Source of the DNA: Pyrinomonadaceae bacterium
GTDB lineage: Bacteria > Acidobacteriota > Blastocatellia > Pyrinomonadales > Pyrinomonadaceae
DNA length: 64,000 nt
Assembly: GCA_036403235.1 (NCBI GenBank)
Contig: DASWRI010000044.1
Coordinates: forward strand, 6,193 to 70,192
Direction of reading: 5' to 3'
Positions 16,658 to 26,046 of this stretch are shown piece by piece (position 1 is the stretch's first letter; each line of letters starts with the position of its first letter). The position numbers and the translations under genes were made by a program. The notes beneath the pieces were generated by a model that worked only from the letters and a program-made list of their open reading frames with translations, had not been told where the DNA came from and ran no database searches.

Positions 16658-18550
16658 ATGAAAAACTTCCGAGAAATATTAGACTCCGACGGTATTTTTG
16701 TTTTTGACGGCGCGGTCGGGACGCGTTTTTACGACAAGGGAATTTATATCAATCGCTCCTACGACGAGCTGAACCTGACCGCGCCCGACTTGGTGCGCGA
16801 AGTTCACGCCGAATATGTCAAAGCGGGCGCGGACATCATCGAAACCAATACTTTCGGCGCGACGCGTCACAAATTGCAGCAATACAGTCTCGAAAACAAA
16901 TTAAAGGAAATCAACATCGCGGGCGTGCGCATCGCGCGCGAAGCGGCTGGCGAAGACGTTTTTGTCGCCGGCGCGATTGGGCCGCTCGAACTCAGAATCG
17001 AGCCTTACGGCCCGACCTCGTTTGAAGAAGCGAAAGAGATGTTCAAGGAACAGGCCGCGGCGCTGCTCGAAGGCGAAATCGATTTGTTTGTGCTGGAAAC
17101 GTTTTCTGATTTGTCGGAAATCGAGCAGGCGATAAAAGCCGTCCGCGAATTGTCGGATTTGCCGATTTTCGCGCAGATGACGATTACGACCGAAGGCAAG
17201 ACGGTTTTCGGCGTGACGCCCGAAACTTTTACCAAAAAGCTCGATGAGCTCGGCGTCGATGTCATCGGCCTGAACTGCGGCGTCGGGCCGACGCATATTT
17301 TGACGACGCTCGAAAAAATGCGCGGCGCGACTACCAAATCGCTTTCCGCGCAGCCGAACGCCGGACTCCCGCGCGATGTGCAGGGACGGCAGTTTTATAT
17401 GTCTTCGCCCGAATACATGTCGAAATTTGCCAAGCGTTTTATCAAGGCGGGCGCAAAATTCGTCGGCGGCTGCTGCGGCACGACGCCGAAGCACACGAAA
17501 TTGATGGCCGACGCGGTTCGCGCCATTTCTCCGCGCGCGGCGAAGGCAACGGCAAAGCCCGTCATTTCGGCCAAAGTCAATGATTTAACTCCGGCCGACG
17601 TTCAGGTCGTTTCGCCCGAAGAGCGCTCGAAATGGTCACGGAAAATCGCGCGCGGCGAGTTTGTCACATCGGTCGAAGTTCTGCCGCCGAAAGGCTGCGA
17701 CGCGGCGAAAACTCTGGATTCAATCAAGCTTCTGGTCAATGCCGGGGTCGATGCGGTAAATATTCCCGACGGGCCGCGCGCGCAGACCAGAATGAGCGCG
17801 CAGGCGACCGCCGTCCTCGTCGAACAGCGGGTCGGCATCGAAGCCGTTCTGCATTACTGCTGCCGCGATAGAAATCTTCTGGGAATGATGTCCGACCTGC
17901 TCGGCGCGGCGGCGCTCGGGCTTCACAATCTTTTAATTATCACCGGCGACCCGCCGAAAATGGGGCCGTTTCCCGACGCGACCGCCGTTTTCGACATCGA
18001 TTCCATCGGCTTGACGAATATGGTCAACAAGTTAAATCACGGGCTCGATTTGGGGAACAATCCGATTGGCTGCCCGACCGCGTTTTCCATCGGCGTCGGC
18101 GTCAATCCGGGCGCGATAAATCTCGATGAGGAAATCCGCCGTTTTGAATGGAAAGTCGAAGCGGGCGCGGAATACGCCATCACGCAGCCGGTTTACGATA
18201 CCGAGCAATTAAGGAGCTTTTTGAAAAAAATCGAGCACGTACGCATCCCGATTGTCGCCGGAATTTTCCCGCTTGTTTCGATTCGCAACGCCGAATTTAT
18301 GCACAACGAAGTTCCGGGCGTCGTCATTACGCCGGAAATTCTGGACAGGATGAGAAAAGCGTCGGACGTTTCAAAAGAAGCTGCGCGCGAGGAAGGCATA
18401 AAAATCGCCCGCGAATCGCTGGTCGAGGTACGCGATTTGATTCAGGGCGTGCAGGTTTCCGCGCCGTTCGGCAACGTCAAATACGCGCTTCAGGTTTTTG
18501 ACGTGCTCGAAGAATTTAAGACGAGAAAAGAAGCGGCGGTCATTTCATAA
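16658..18550 (+). CDS. bifunctional homocysteine S-methyltransferase / 5,10-methylenetetrahydrofolate reductase
   Basis: N-terminal Hcy-binding domain with GGCCGTTP zinc motif. C-terminal MetF-like TIM barrel. 630 aa. Confidence 0.88.
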   Translation: MKNFREILDSDGIFVFDGAVGTRFYDKGIYINRSYDELNLTAPDLVREVHAEYVKAGADIIETNTFGATRHKLQQYSLENKLKEINIAGVRIAREAAGEDVFVAGAIGPLELRIEPYGPTSFEEAKEMFKEQAAALLEGEIDLFVLETFSDLSEIEQAIKAVRELSDLPIFAQMTITTEGKTVFGVTPETFTKKLDELGVDVIGLNCGVGPTHILTTLEKMRGATTKSLSAQPNAGLPRDVQGRQFYMSSPEYMSKFAKRFIKAGAKFVGGCCGTTPKHTKLMADAVRAISPRAAKATAKPVISAKVNDLTPADVQVVSPEERSKWSRKIARGEFVTSVEVLPPKGCDAAKTLDSIKLLVNAGVDAVNIPDGPRAQTRMSAQATAVLVEQRVGIEAVLHYCCRDRNLLGMMSDLLGAAALGLHNLLIITGDPPKMGPFPDATAVFDIDSIGLTNMVNKLNHGLDLGNNPIGCPTAFSIGVGVNPGAINLDEEIRRFEWKVEAGAEYAITQPVYDTEQLRSFLKKIEHVRIPIVAGIFPLVSIRNAEFMHNEVPGVVITPEILDRMRKASDVSKEAAREEGIKIARESLVEVRDLIQGVQVSAPFGNVKYALQVFDVLEEFKTRKEAAVIS

Positions 18551-18570
18551 AAGTTTCAGATAAGAAAAGT

Positions 18571-18641
18571 AGCCGCGAATTACACAAATTACGCAAATAA
18601 AAAATCAATTTCTATTTGCGTAATTTGTGTAATTCGCGGCT
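18571..18641. terminator. perfect 29-bp-stem hairpin between convergent genes
   Basis: agccgcgaattacacaaattacgcaaata (18571-18599) is the exact reverse complement of 18613-18641. The loop is 13 nt. Confidence 0.75.
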
Positions 18642-18700
18642 GATTTCTTTTTAGCCCGGCCGGATTATGGGCAAGTCATCGCTTTTACATCGTGTTTTCA

Positions 18701-19090
18701 TTATTCGCTTATTCCCCAGCGGCGCGTGATTTCGTCGAGCCAGCGCTCGGCGGCGGCTACGTTCGGAAAAACCTGCATCGGGCGAATCTGCTCGGTGAGT
18801 ATATCGTAAATTTGCAGCATCTCGTATAAATTTTCGTTGTCGGCGATGATGGCGACGGGCGCTGCTTCGCGTCGTCCGGCGACCTGCGCGCGCTCGGCGG
18901 CGAGCGCGCGGATTTGCTCGCGCGTTAAATCGGTCACCGCGCCCGAGCAGTCAAAAATCTCGCCGTAGCTGGCGGCGGGCGAGCCTTCTTCGGCGTTCAT
19001 GTGAGCGCGAAAATCCTCGTAATTTACGACGCCTTCGCAGCACGAATAAACTCTGCGGCGTTCATAGTCAATCTGGTAATAAATCGGCAT
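18701..19090 (-). CDS. hypothetical protein
   Basis: 129 aa from ATG 19090 (MPIYYQIDYERRR...). The longer ORF-track version runs into AT-rich intergenic sequence. Confidence 0.5.
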   Translation of the reverse strand: MPIYYQIDYERRRVYSCCEGVVNYEDFRAHMNAEEGSPAASYGEIFDCSGAVTDLTREQIRALAAERAQVAGRREAAPVAIIADNENLYEMLQIYDILTEQIRPMQVFPNVAAAERWLDEITRRWGISE

Positions 19091-19324
19091 AGAAATAAAA
19101 TTGTTTGGCGGGTTGAGCGTCAAAACGCCCAATGGTGCATTAAGCGCAATTATTATTTTTATGATACGACTTTGCCGCCGTGATTTGAAGCGCGCGTAAA
19201 AGAAACTTTTGCGCTGGCGCGCTAAACGCATTTCTGCGTGCAATGTAAGCTTTCGGACAAAATACGAAAGCTCGATGTGTTACAAATTTCAAATCCGATA
19301 TTGTTTGAAAAAGGGGTTGAATTT

Positions 19325-19930
19325 ATGAAAGGATTTTTGAATTTCGGCGGATTTGCATTTTTAGCTTTTATGGCTTTAACGGCGGCGTCGACGGTTTTTG
19401 CGCAGAACGCAAAGGAAACATACACGGGAACGGTTTTAAGTTACGGCACGGGCTTAAATACGAGAAGCACGACGCGCACTTTTACGCTCAACATCACCGG
19501 AACGACCTCCGACACCGAGGCGAAAGGTTTTCTCGCTACTTTGCGCGATAAAGGTCAGAGCACTCTGCTCGATGAAATCAACGACGAAAAACTCGGAAAT
19601 TTTTCGGTCGGCGGTCGTATCGGGCCGACGATAAACGTCGTGCGCGAAAGCGATGTTGACGGGCAGAGAAGAATTTTTGTCGTCTTTGAGCGCTGGATGC
19701 AGTTTGCCGAGCTGCGCGGCGGTTATCGCTCGACCGACTACCCGTTCGGAGTTATCGAGCTGTTTATGGACGAGCGCACCGGAAAGGGAACCGGAACTTA
19801 TATCGAAGCCGCCAAAATCCGCTGGAATTACGACGATAAAAGCAAGCAATATCAGGTGGAAATCGAAAACTTCGCGACGTTTCCGGCAAAGCTTCTCGGC
19901 GTCACGCAAAGCGGCGGAAGAGGCAGATAG
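19325..19930 (+). CDS. secreted hypothetical protein
   Basis: Signal peptide MKGFLNFGGFAFLAFMALTAASTVFAQ. 201 aa. No motif recognised. Confidence 0.55.
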   Translation: MKGFLNFGGFAFLAFMALTAASTVFAQNAKETYTGTVLSYGTGLNTRSTTRTFTLNITGTTSDTEAKGFLATLRDKGQSTLLDEINDEKLGNFSVGGRIGPTINVVRESDVDGQRRIFVVFERWMQFAELRGGYRSTDYPFGVIELFMDERTGKGTGTYIEAAKIRWNYDDKSKQYQVEIENFATFPAKLLGVTQSGGRGR

Positions 19931-19985
19931 GGAAGTGAAAAGTGAAAAGTTTAAGAATCTTTTCTAAACTTTTCACTTTTCACTC
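19931..19985. repeat. heptamer-word inverted repeat, GTGAAAA family
   Basis: gaagtgaaaagtgaaaagttt, loop aagaatcttttct, then aaacttttcacttttcactc. The loop is nearly identical to the copy at 48846-48886. Confidence 0.85.
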
Positions 19986-20247
19986 AGTAATTTATTACTT
20001 TAACGACGCCGGTCTTGAATTTCTCCGGGTTCGGCGAGGGCGTTTTGGTCAACGTGAATTTGTGATTATAGCGGTCGGCCGCCTCTGCCGCCGGTATGCT
20101 CTGCCATTCGTATTTGATGACGGCGCCGTCGCCGAATTCGTAGATTCTTTCGATTTTATCGGCGGTGTAAACGGTCGGCGTCTCCTTCGCGATTTTGTCG
20201 CGCTCGTCGTAAATAATAATGTTTGCGTATTCTTCGGCGTTTTTCAT
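19984..20247 (-). CDS. hypothetical small protein
   Basis: 87 aa, MKNAEEYANIIIYDERDK... Flanked on both sides by GTGAAAA-word repeats. Confidence 0.45.
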   Translation of the reverse strand: MKNAEEYANIIIYDERDKIAKETPTVYTADKIERIYEFGDGAVIKYEWQSIPAAEAADRYNHKFTLTKTPSPNPEKFKTGVVKVINY

Positions 20248-20315
20248 AAATTTATTCTGCTTTCAATTATTCTCAGACTGACGGTTCATTTTATCAAATG
20301 TTTCTCGTTTTTTAT

Positions 20316-20357
20316 CTCTTTCACTTTCCACTTTTCACTTTTCGCTTTTCACTTGAG
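20316..20357. repeat. solo arm of CACTTTT heptamer words
   Basis: ctctttcactttccacttttcacttttcgcttttcacttgag. No adjacent complementary arm. Confidence 0.7.
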
Positions 20358-20449
20358 TTGCTTTGGACATTGCGCGGAAAAGTTGGCACAATAGGCAAGT
20401 AAATTTTACGTTCCCGAAAGAAAATTCAAATCAAAACGGAGAAAAAGGT

Positions 20450-20974
20450 ATGAGCTTAGGTCAGAAAGAACAAAGTATGAGTCTCGGGCAGATTATCGCC
20501 GCCGAGCTCAAGCAGGAAGCCATTTCGACGCGCAAAATGCTGGAACGGATTCCCGCCGACAAACTCGCGTGGAAGCCGCACGAAAAGTCGATGACAATTG
20601 AGCAGCTCGCCGGTCATATCGTCAATATGGTTAGCTGGACGAGCGTCACTCTAAAACAGGACGAGCTTGATTTTGCAAAGATGGACTACAAGCCGCGCGC
20701 CTATACGGACGCTTCGCAATTGACCGAAGATTTTGACAAAAATCTGGCCGAATCCCTCGAAACTCTCGCCGGTACTTCGGACGAAACGATGGCGACAAGC
20801 TGGACTATGCGAAACGGCGAGCAGATATTTTTCACGATGCCGAAAGCCGTCACGATGCGAACTTTCGTGATGAATCACGTCATTCATCATCGCGGCCAGC
20901 TTTCGGTTTATCTGAGACTTCTCGACATTCCGCTTCCGTCCATCTACGGGCCGTCGGCGGACGAGGGAATGTAA
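20450..20974 (+). CDS. DinB-superfamily (DinB_2-like) metal-dependent protein
   Basis: HIVNMVSW and MNHVIHHRGQLSVYLR His motifs. Start at ATG 20450 with GGAGAAAAAGG RBS. A second in-frame MSLGQ lies 9 codons later. Confidence 0.8.
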   Translation: MSLGQKEQSMSLGQIIAAELKQEAISTRKMLERIPADKLAWKPHEKSMTIEQLAGHIVNMVSWTSVTLKQDELDFAKMDYKPRAYTDASQLTEDFDKNLAESLETLAGTSDETMATSWTMRNGEQIFFTMPKAVTMRTFVMNHVIHHRGQLSVYLRLLDIPLPSIYGPSADEGM

Positions 20975-20976
20975 AT

Positions 20977-21063
20977 TGGTCAGTCGCCAGTCGTCTGTTG
21001 TAAGTTGAGATTTATTTACGTTTTCGATTAAAACTCAATCAGCAACGGACGACTGGCAAACCA
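20977..21063. repeat. long imperfect inverted repeat (GTCAGTC/GCCAGTC words)
   Basis: ttggtcagtcgccagtcgtctgttgtaagttgag, loop, then ctcaatcagcaacggacgactggcaaacca. Fills the whole dinB-to-next-gene spacer. Confidence 0.75.
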
Positions 21064-21064
21064 T

Positions 21065-21835
21065 ATGGAATTATTAAACTTCGACAAAGAATCCACCGAA
21101 GGCGGAAACTTAAGGCTTATTTCCGAAAGGCGCGAGCCGCAGCCGTTTCCCCAAATCGAAAAACAGTTCGTCAACTTCATCTTTTTTCGCGTCAATCCCG
21201 AATGGCGAAAATTGAACGCCGAAACAAAACGCATCTTTAAATCCGAGTTTCAGAGCGTTTTTAATAAGTTCAGCGAAAATCTTCTGCTTTTTTCCTATTC
21301 GCTCGTCGGCTTTGACTCAAAGGCCGATTTGATGTTCTGGCGCATCGGCGACTCGCTCGATTCGATTCAGGACATGACGGCGACGCTGTATCGCACAAAT
21401 CTGGGAAGCTTTCTCGAAACCGCCGACAACTACCTGGCGATTACGAAAAAAATGATGTTCGTCGCACCCGACGAGCACGAATCGATTGAAGACCGCTTTC
21501 ACGTCAAAGCGGGCGCGAAAAAATATCATTTCGTATACCCGTGCGCCAAACATCGCGATTGGTATGAAAAAACGGGCGAAGAGCGCAAAGAGCTGATTGA
21601 AGAAAATTTTATGGTCGGGAAAAAGTTCGACAACATAAAAATTCACCTGACGCACGCGTTCGGCTTCAGTGAGCAGGAATTTATCGTCAGCTTTGAAACC
21701 GACGAGCCGAAAGATTTTCTCGCGCTCGCCGAAGAGCTGCGCCAGACGACGGCGAGCAAATTCACTTTGCGCGGAATGCCGATTTACACGTGCCGCCAGC
21801 GCAGTTTGATGGAATGTCTCGATGCGATAGGATAA
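21065..21835 (+). CDS. chlorite dismutase-family protein (HemQ/coproheme decarboxylase-like)
   Basis: 256 aa. FVNFIFFRVNPEWRKL and YHFVYPCAKHRDWY blocks are typical of the Cld/HemQ fold. Confidence 0.7.
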   Translation: MELLNFDKESTEGGNLRLISERREPQPFPQIEKQFVNFIFFRVNPEWRKLNAETKRIFKSEFQSVFNKFSENLLLFSYSLVGFDSKADLMFWRIGDSLDSIQDMTATLYRTNLGSFLETADNYLAITKKMMFVAPDEHESIEDRFHVKAGAKKYHFVYPCAKHRDWYEKTGEERKELIEENFMVGKKFDNIKIHLTHAFGFSEQEFIVSFETDEPKDFLALAEELRQTTASKFTLRGMPIYTCRQRSLMECLDAIG

Positions 21836-21916
21836 GAATTACGAATTTCAAATTACGAATTACGAATCCAGAACTTATTTCTTTAATTCATAATTCGTAA
21901 TTTAAAATTCGTAATT
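21836..21916. repeat. heptamer-word inverted repeat, GAATTAC family
   Basis: gaattacgaatttcaaattacgaattacgaat, loop, then aattcataattcgtaatttaaaattcgtaatt. Fills the spacer up to ATG 21922. Confidence 0.85.
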
Positions 21917-21921
21917 AAATT

Positions 21922-22197
21922 ATGAAGATTGCTCGAAAATTCATCATCAGCGGAACGGTACAGGGCGTCGGGTTTCGCTTTTTCGCGCAGCGCTCGGCGG
22001 CGCGGCATCAGGTGCGCGGTTACGTGCGAAATCTCGAAGACGGGCGCGTCGAAGCACTGGCCGAAGGCGAGCCGAAAGCGGTTCAATCGTTTCTCGAAGA
22101 TTTGACGACCGGCCCGATTTACGCAAACGTCGCCGACGTCGAAGAAACGGTTTTAGAGCCGAACGGATTGTATTCAGCATTTTTAATTGAAAAATAA
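21922..22197 (+). CDS. acyP: acylphosphatase
   Basis: 91 aa with GTVQGVGFR signature and GYVRNLEDGRVE. Confidence 0.9.
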   Translation: MKIARKFIISGTVQGVGFRFFAQRSAARHQVRGYVRNLEDGRVEALAEGEPKAVQSFLEDLTTGPIYANVADVEETVLEPNGLYSAFLIEK

Positions 22198-22205
22198 ATG
22201 AGTTT

Positions 22206-22313
22206 GTCATTCGTCATTTGTCCGTGGTCAGTTGCTGGTTGAATTTAATTCGAGAGCGTAATTAAAGCTCAAGCCCGCAACTGACCACTGACCACTGACC
22301 ACTGACCACTGAC
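22206..22313. repeat. heptamer-word inverted repeat, CTGACCA family
   Basis: 5-prime arm GTCATTC GTCATTT GTCCGTG GTCAGTT GC. 3-prime arm GCAA (CTGACCA)x4 CTGAC. Ends 4 nt before ATG 22318. Confidence 0.9.
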
Positions 22314-22317
22314 AAAA

Positions 22318-22839
22318 ATGGAACACTTAAAAAAACTTATACGCGAAGTGCCTGATTTTCCGAAAGAAGGCATCAATTTTTACGATATTACGACGCTTTT
22401 GAAAGACGCCGAAGGACTCCGGCAGACGATTGACGCGCTGGCCGCGAATTACAAAGGCGAGCAGATTGACACGGTAATCGGCGTCGAATCGCGCGGTTTT
22501 ATTTTCGCCGCGCCGCTTGCGTATCACTTAAACGCCGGGTTCGTGCCCGTCCGCAAGCCGAAAAAGCTTCCGGCCGAAAAAATTTCCGTCTCGTATGATT
22601 TGGAATACGGTCAGGACACGCTCGAAGTCCACAAGGACGCCATCGGCGAAGGTCATCGCGTCTTGATTGTCGATGATTTGCTCGCGACCGGCGGAACGGC
22701 GCGCGCGACGGTCGATTTGGTCGAAAGTCTGGGCGGAAAAATCGTCGGTCTGATGTTTCTCGTCGAGCTGAATTTCTTAAACGGACGCCGAAAATTCGAC
22801 GGCTACGACGTCCGCTCGTTATTAAATTACGATTCTTAA
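22318..22839 (+). CDS. apt: adenine phosphoribosyltransferase
   Basis: 173 aa with PRPP motif [13 protein letters not shown]. Confidence 0.93.
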   Translation: MEHLKKLIREVPDFPKEGINFYDITTLLKDAEGLRQTIDALAANYKGEQIDTVIGVESRGFIFAAPLAYHLNAGFVPVRKPKKLPAEKISVSYDLEYGQDTLEVHKDAIGEGHRVLIVDDLLATGGTARATVDLVESLGGKIVGLMFLVELNFLNGRRKFDGYDVRSLLNYDS

Positions 22840-22884
22840 ACTAGACAATCCAAAATCCAAAACCTACAATCTAAACTCGTTTAC

Positions 22885-22958
22885 GCTCCCGTAGCTCAGC
22901 TGGATAGAGCGTTCGCCTCCTAAGTGAAAGGCCGCAGATTCGAATTCTGCCGGGAGCA
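22885..22958 (+). tRNA. tRNA-Arg (anticodon CCU)
   Basis: Acceptor gctcccg/cgggagc. D arm gctc-agctggata-gagc. Anticodon stem ttcgc/gtgaa with loop CUCCUAA. T arm gcaga-ttcgaat-tctgc. 74 nt with no encoded CCA. Confidence 0.9.
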
Positions 22959-22967
22959 AATCATATA

Positions 22968-23001
22968 AAAGCGGTGCAGAAATTTATCTACACCGCTTTG
23001 T
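22968..23001. terminator. hairpin terminator between tRNA and convergent giant gene
   Basis: aaagcggtg(c)aga, then aattta, then tctacaccgcttt. Confidence 0.6.
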
Positions 23002-23022
23002 CTTTTCTAAATTCGAAACAAT

Positions 23023-26000
23023 CTACGGAACAAAAGCATTTTCAGTCGGAACGTCGGTCGAAACGCCGAACTGGAAAGCCGTCACGCCGGCGCTCGACCT
23101 CATCAGATACCAGACGCCGGTCGATGGCCTGAAGACCGCGATATCGGCGCGCCCGTCGCCGTCGTAATCGGCCGGAACGGGTTTGTCTTCGGCTATTCCG
23201 AAAGCGTTTATCGTAAACGAGCCGTTCGAGCTGTTGATGATATACCAGACACCGTTTGACGGTCGATAAACGGCGATGTCGGTTTTTCCGTCGCCGTCGA
23301 AATCGGCCGGTGCGGGAACATCGGTCGATATTCCCCAGCGCGTCGCCCGCTGCGCATTATCGATGCTGCTCTGATACCACCAATCGCCGGTCGAGGGCCG
23401 AAAGATGGCCGGGTCGACTTTGCCGTCGCCGTCGAAATCACCGCGAACGGGTTTGTCGCCCGCCAGACCGAACGGGATAATCGAAACCGCTCCGGTCGTG
23501 CCGAGTCGATACCACGTGTTGTTCGACGGGCGGAAAACGATGAAATCGGCTTTTCCGTCCGAATCAAAATCGCCCGGACGCGGCACGTCGCCGCTCGCGC
23601 CCCAGTGAACAAAATTCTGCGTGTTGTTGATGCTCGACAAAAACCACCAATCGCCCGAAGCCGGACGGAAAATGCCGATGTCGGTTTTGCCGTCGCCGTC
23701 GTAATCAGCGGGCGCGGGCACGTCGCCGGCGAGACCGAACGTCTGCTCGGCAACGGTTGCGTTGCTCAATAATTCATACCAGCGATTGGTCGAAGGCCGG
23801 AAAGCCGAAACGTCGGCGCGGCCATCGCCGTCGTAATCGAATAACGTCAAAAGCGGCGCGGAGGCATTTAAAAGACGCTTGACTCTGACTCCGGAAACGC
23901 CGTTGACCTTTGTAAACTCGCCGCCGATAAGAATTTTTCCGTCGGTTTGCAGATTTATATCCCAGACCGATGTATTGGTCTCGCCGCCAAAACTCAAATC
24001 GAACGAGCCGTTTGCGTTAAGACGGGCGATTCCGATTCGATATTGATTGCCGACTGTGCTCATCGCGCCGCCGATAAGAATTTTGCCGTCCGGCTGAATC
24101 TTGACGGCTAAAATCGTCGCGTTGGCCGTCTGGACGAACGACGTATCAAGCGTGCCGTCGGCATTGAGACGCCCGACTTTCTGCATATTGCTGTTTCCGT
24201 TTAAGGCCGTAAACTGACCGACTAAAACGACCTTGCCGTCCGTCTGCAAATCGATGTCATAGACGACGTCGTTGGCGCCGCCGGGCGGATTAAACGTATT
24301 GTCGAGCGTGCCGTCGGCGTTCAGGCGCGCGATTCTGCCCCGAATGTTTGACGCGATAGTCGAAAAAGTGCCGCCGATTAAAAATTTCCCGTCCGGCTGA
24401 ACAAGAACTTTGTTAACCAGTCCGGGCGCCTGAACGCCGATAAAAGTGTTGTCGAGCGAGCCGTTGGAATTTAATCTTTCGATAATTTTGCTGTTCGAGC
24501 CGCCGACCGTAATAATCTTTCCGTCGGGCAATACGGCAATATCGTTGATTCCGATTGTTCCGCCCCAGGTAAAGCCGGTATCGCGCGAGCCGTCAGGATT
24601 GAGTCTGACGAAATTGACGGCGGTTCCGATAATTAAAATTTTACCGTCCGGCTGCAGAGCAATCGACCGGATGGTAGGATTGCTCGTCGTAAAAGTCCCG
24701 TTGTAATAAGGCACAAAAGATGTGTCGAGACTTCCGTCGGCGTTCAGACGAGCGAGCGATTGACGGACAACGCCGTTGACCGACGGAAATTCGCCGGCAA
24801 TCAGGATTTTTCCGTCCGGCTGCTGCAAAATCCGCGTAACGATTCCCAGTCGTCTGACTTTGACATCAAAAGCGCTATCGGTTGTGCCGCCCGCATTCAA
24901 GCGAAGAATCGGATTTGCGCCGCCGACTAAAGGGTAGATTTGACCGCCGATAAGAATTTTCCCGTCCGATTGCAGCTCGATATCGAAAATTGGTATTAGC
25001 GCGGCGGCCTGCGCGTTGTTTGAAAACGAATTATCGAGCGTGCCGTCGCTGCTGAGCAGCGCGAGATTTCTGATATTTACCGCGTTATAAGAAGGAAAAT
25101 CGCCGGCGATGAAAATTTTTCCGTCGGGGCGAATGATTATATCGTTTATACCGTAGGAGGAGCTGCCCGCGCCAAAATTATTGAGGTTAAAATTCAAATC
25201 CAAACTTCCGTCCGAGTTTATGCGCGAAATCCTTCCTTGCTGAAATCCGTTGACGAAGGTAAAGCTGCCGCCGATGATGAGCTTTCCGTCGGCCTGTATT
25301 TTAACGACTTCAATCGTCTGATTGACCGTCACCAGAGAAAAGCCGGAATCGACTGAACCGTCGGCGTTGAGCCTTCTCACGTAGTTCTGCGGGCCGGACA
25401 TCCCGGTGATGAACACAACTTTTCCGTCCGGCTGCACTTCGATGTCTTTGATGAGCCCGATGCCGGTCGCCGAAAACGAATTGTCGGGCGTGCCGTCGGC
25501 GTTAAATTTAGCGATGTTCCGGCCGAATTCGCCGCCGATAAAAAATTTATCGTTCGGCAGCACTTCGATGGTGTAAATGTTGCTGTCCTGCGGCACGGGC
25601 AAATTAAAAGAAGAATCAATCGTCCCGTTCGGATTAAGACGCATGACGGCGGGCGCAAAAACTCCGTTGATGCCGTATAAACTGCCGGCGACGATAATTT
25701 TCCCGTCCGATTGGAGGCCGAGCGCGAGAACTCTCGCCCCGAGCGAGCTGCCGTTAAAAAAAACCGGCGGATTAAACGACGTATCGACGCTGCCGTCCGC
25801 GTTAAGCCGTCCGACTCCGTTCGCCGCCTGTCCCTGCACGTCTGTAAAAATGCCGCCGATGAGAATTTTGCCGTCCGGCTGCGTTTTAACAACATAGACA
25901 AGCCCGTTGGTCGTGCCGCTAACCGCAGCGTTAAAGCTCGCATCGACTTCGCCCGCCGCCTTTGCCGCCGAAACAAAGATTGCGCTCAACAGAACGCAGA

Positions 26001-26046
26001 ATGCCGGAATTAAAAATGCGCGCAGAAGCTTTTGATATTGATTCAT
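23023..26046 (-). CDS. secreted giant repeat protein: delta-60-type beta-propeller repeats plus six C-terminal FG-GAP/VCBS-like repeats
   Basis: Signal peptide from ATG 26046 (MNQYQKLLRAFLIPAFCVLLSAIFVSAAKA). About 13 repeats of the LNADGSLDTSF...QPDGKILIGG type. C-terminal six D(Y/F)D(G/S)DG(K/R)xD repeats. Confidence 0.8.
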   Translation of the reverse strand: MNQYQKLLRAFLIPAFCVLLSAIFVSAAKAAGEVDASFNAAVSGTTNGLVYVVKTQPDGKILIGGIFTDVQGQAANGVGRLNADGSVDTSFNPPVFFNGSSLGARVLALGLQSDGKIIVAGSLYGINGVFAPAVMRLNPNGTIDSSFNLPVPQDSNIYTIEVLPNDKFFIGGEFGRNIAKFNADGTPDNSFSATGIGLIKDIEVQPDGKVVFITGMSGPQNYVRRLNADGSVDSGFSLVTVNQTIEVVKIQADGKLIIGGSFTFVNGFQQGRISRINSDGSLDLNFNLNNFGAGSSSYGINDIIIRPDGKIFIAGDFPSYNAVNIRNLALLSSDGTLDNSFSNNAQAAALIPIFDIELQSDGKILIGGQIYPLVGGANPILRLNAGGTTDSAFDVKVRRLGIVTRILQQPDGKILIAGEFPSVNGVVRQSLARLNADGSLDTSFVPYYNGTFTTSNPTIRSIALQPDGKILIIGTAVNFVRLNPDGSRDTGFTWGGTIGINDIAVLPDGKIITVGGSNSKIIERLNSNGSLDNTFIGVQAPGLVNKVLVQPDGKFLIGGTFSTIASNIRGRIARLNADGTLDNTFNPPGGANDVVYDIDLQTDGKVVLVGQFTALNGNSNMQKVGRLNADGTLDTSFVQTANATILAVKIQPDGKILIGGAMSTVGNQYRIGIARLNANGSFDLSFGGETNTSVWDINLQTDGKILIGGEFTKVNGVSGVRVKRLLNASAPLLTLFDYDGDGRADVSAFRPSTNRWYELLSNATVAEQTFGLAGDVPAPADYDGDGKTDIGIFRPASGDWWFLSSINNTQNFVHWGASGDVPRPGDFDSDGKADFIVFRPSNNTWYRLGTTGAVSIIPFGLAGDKPVRGDFDGDGKVDPAIFRPSTGDWWYQSSIDNAQRATRWGISTDVPAPADFDGDGKTDIAVYRPSNGVWYIINSSNGSFTINAFGIAEDKPVPADYDGDGRADIAVFRPSTGVWYLMRSSAGVTAFQFGVSTDVPTENAFVP

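Noticed and set aside
22885-23022. tRNA-Arg as an integration site for a genomic island containing the giant repeat protein.
   Set aside because: There is no integrase, no repeated copy of the tRNA 3-prime end, and no composition break immediately downstream.
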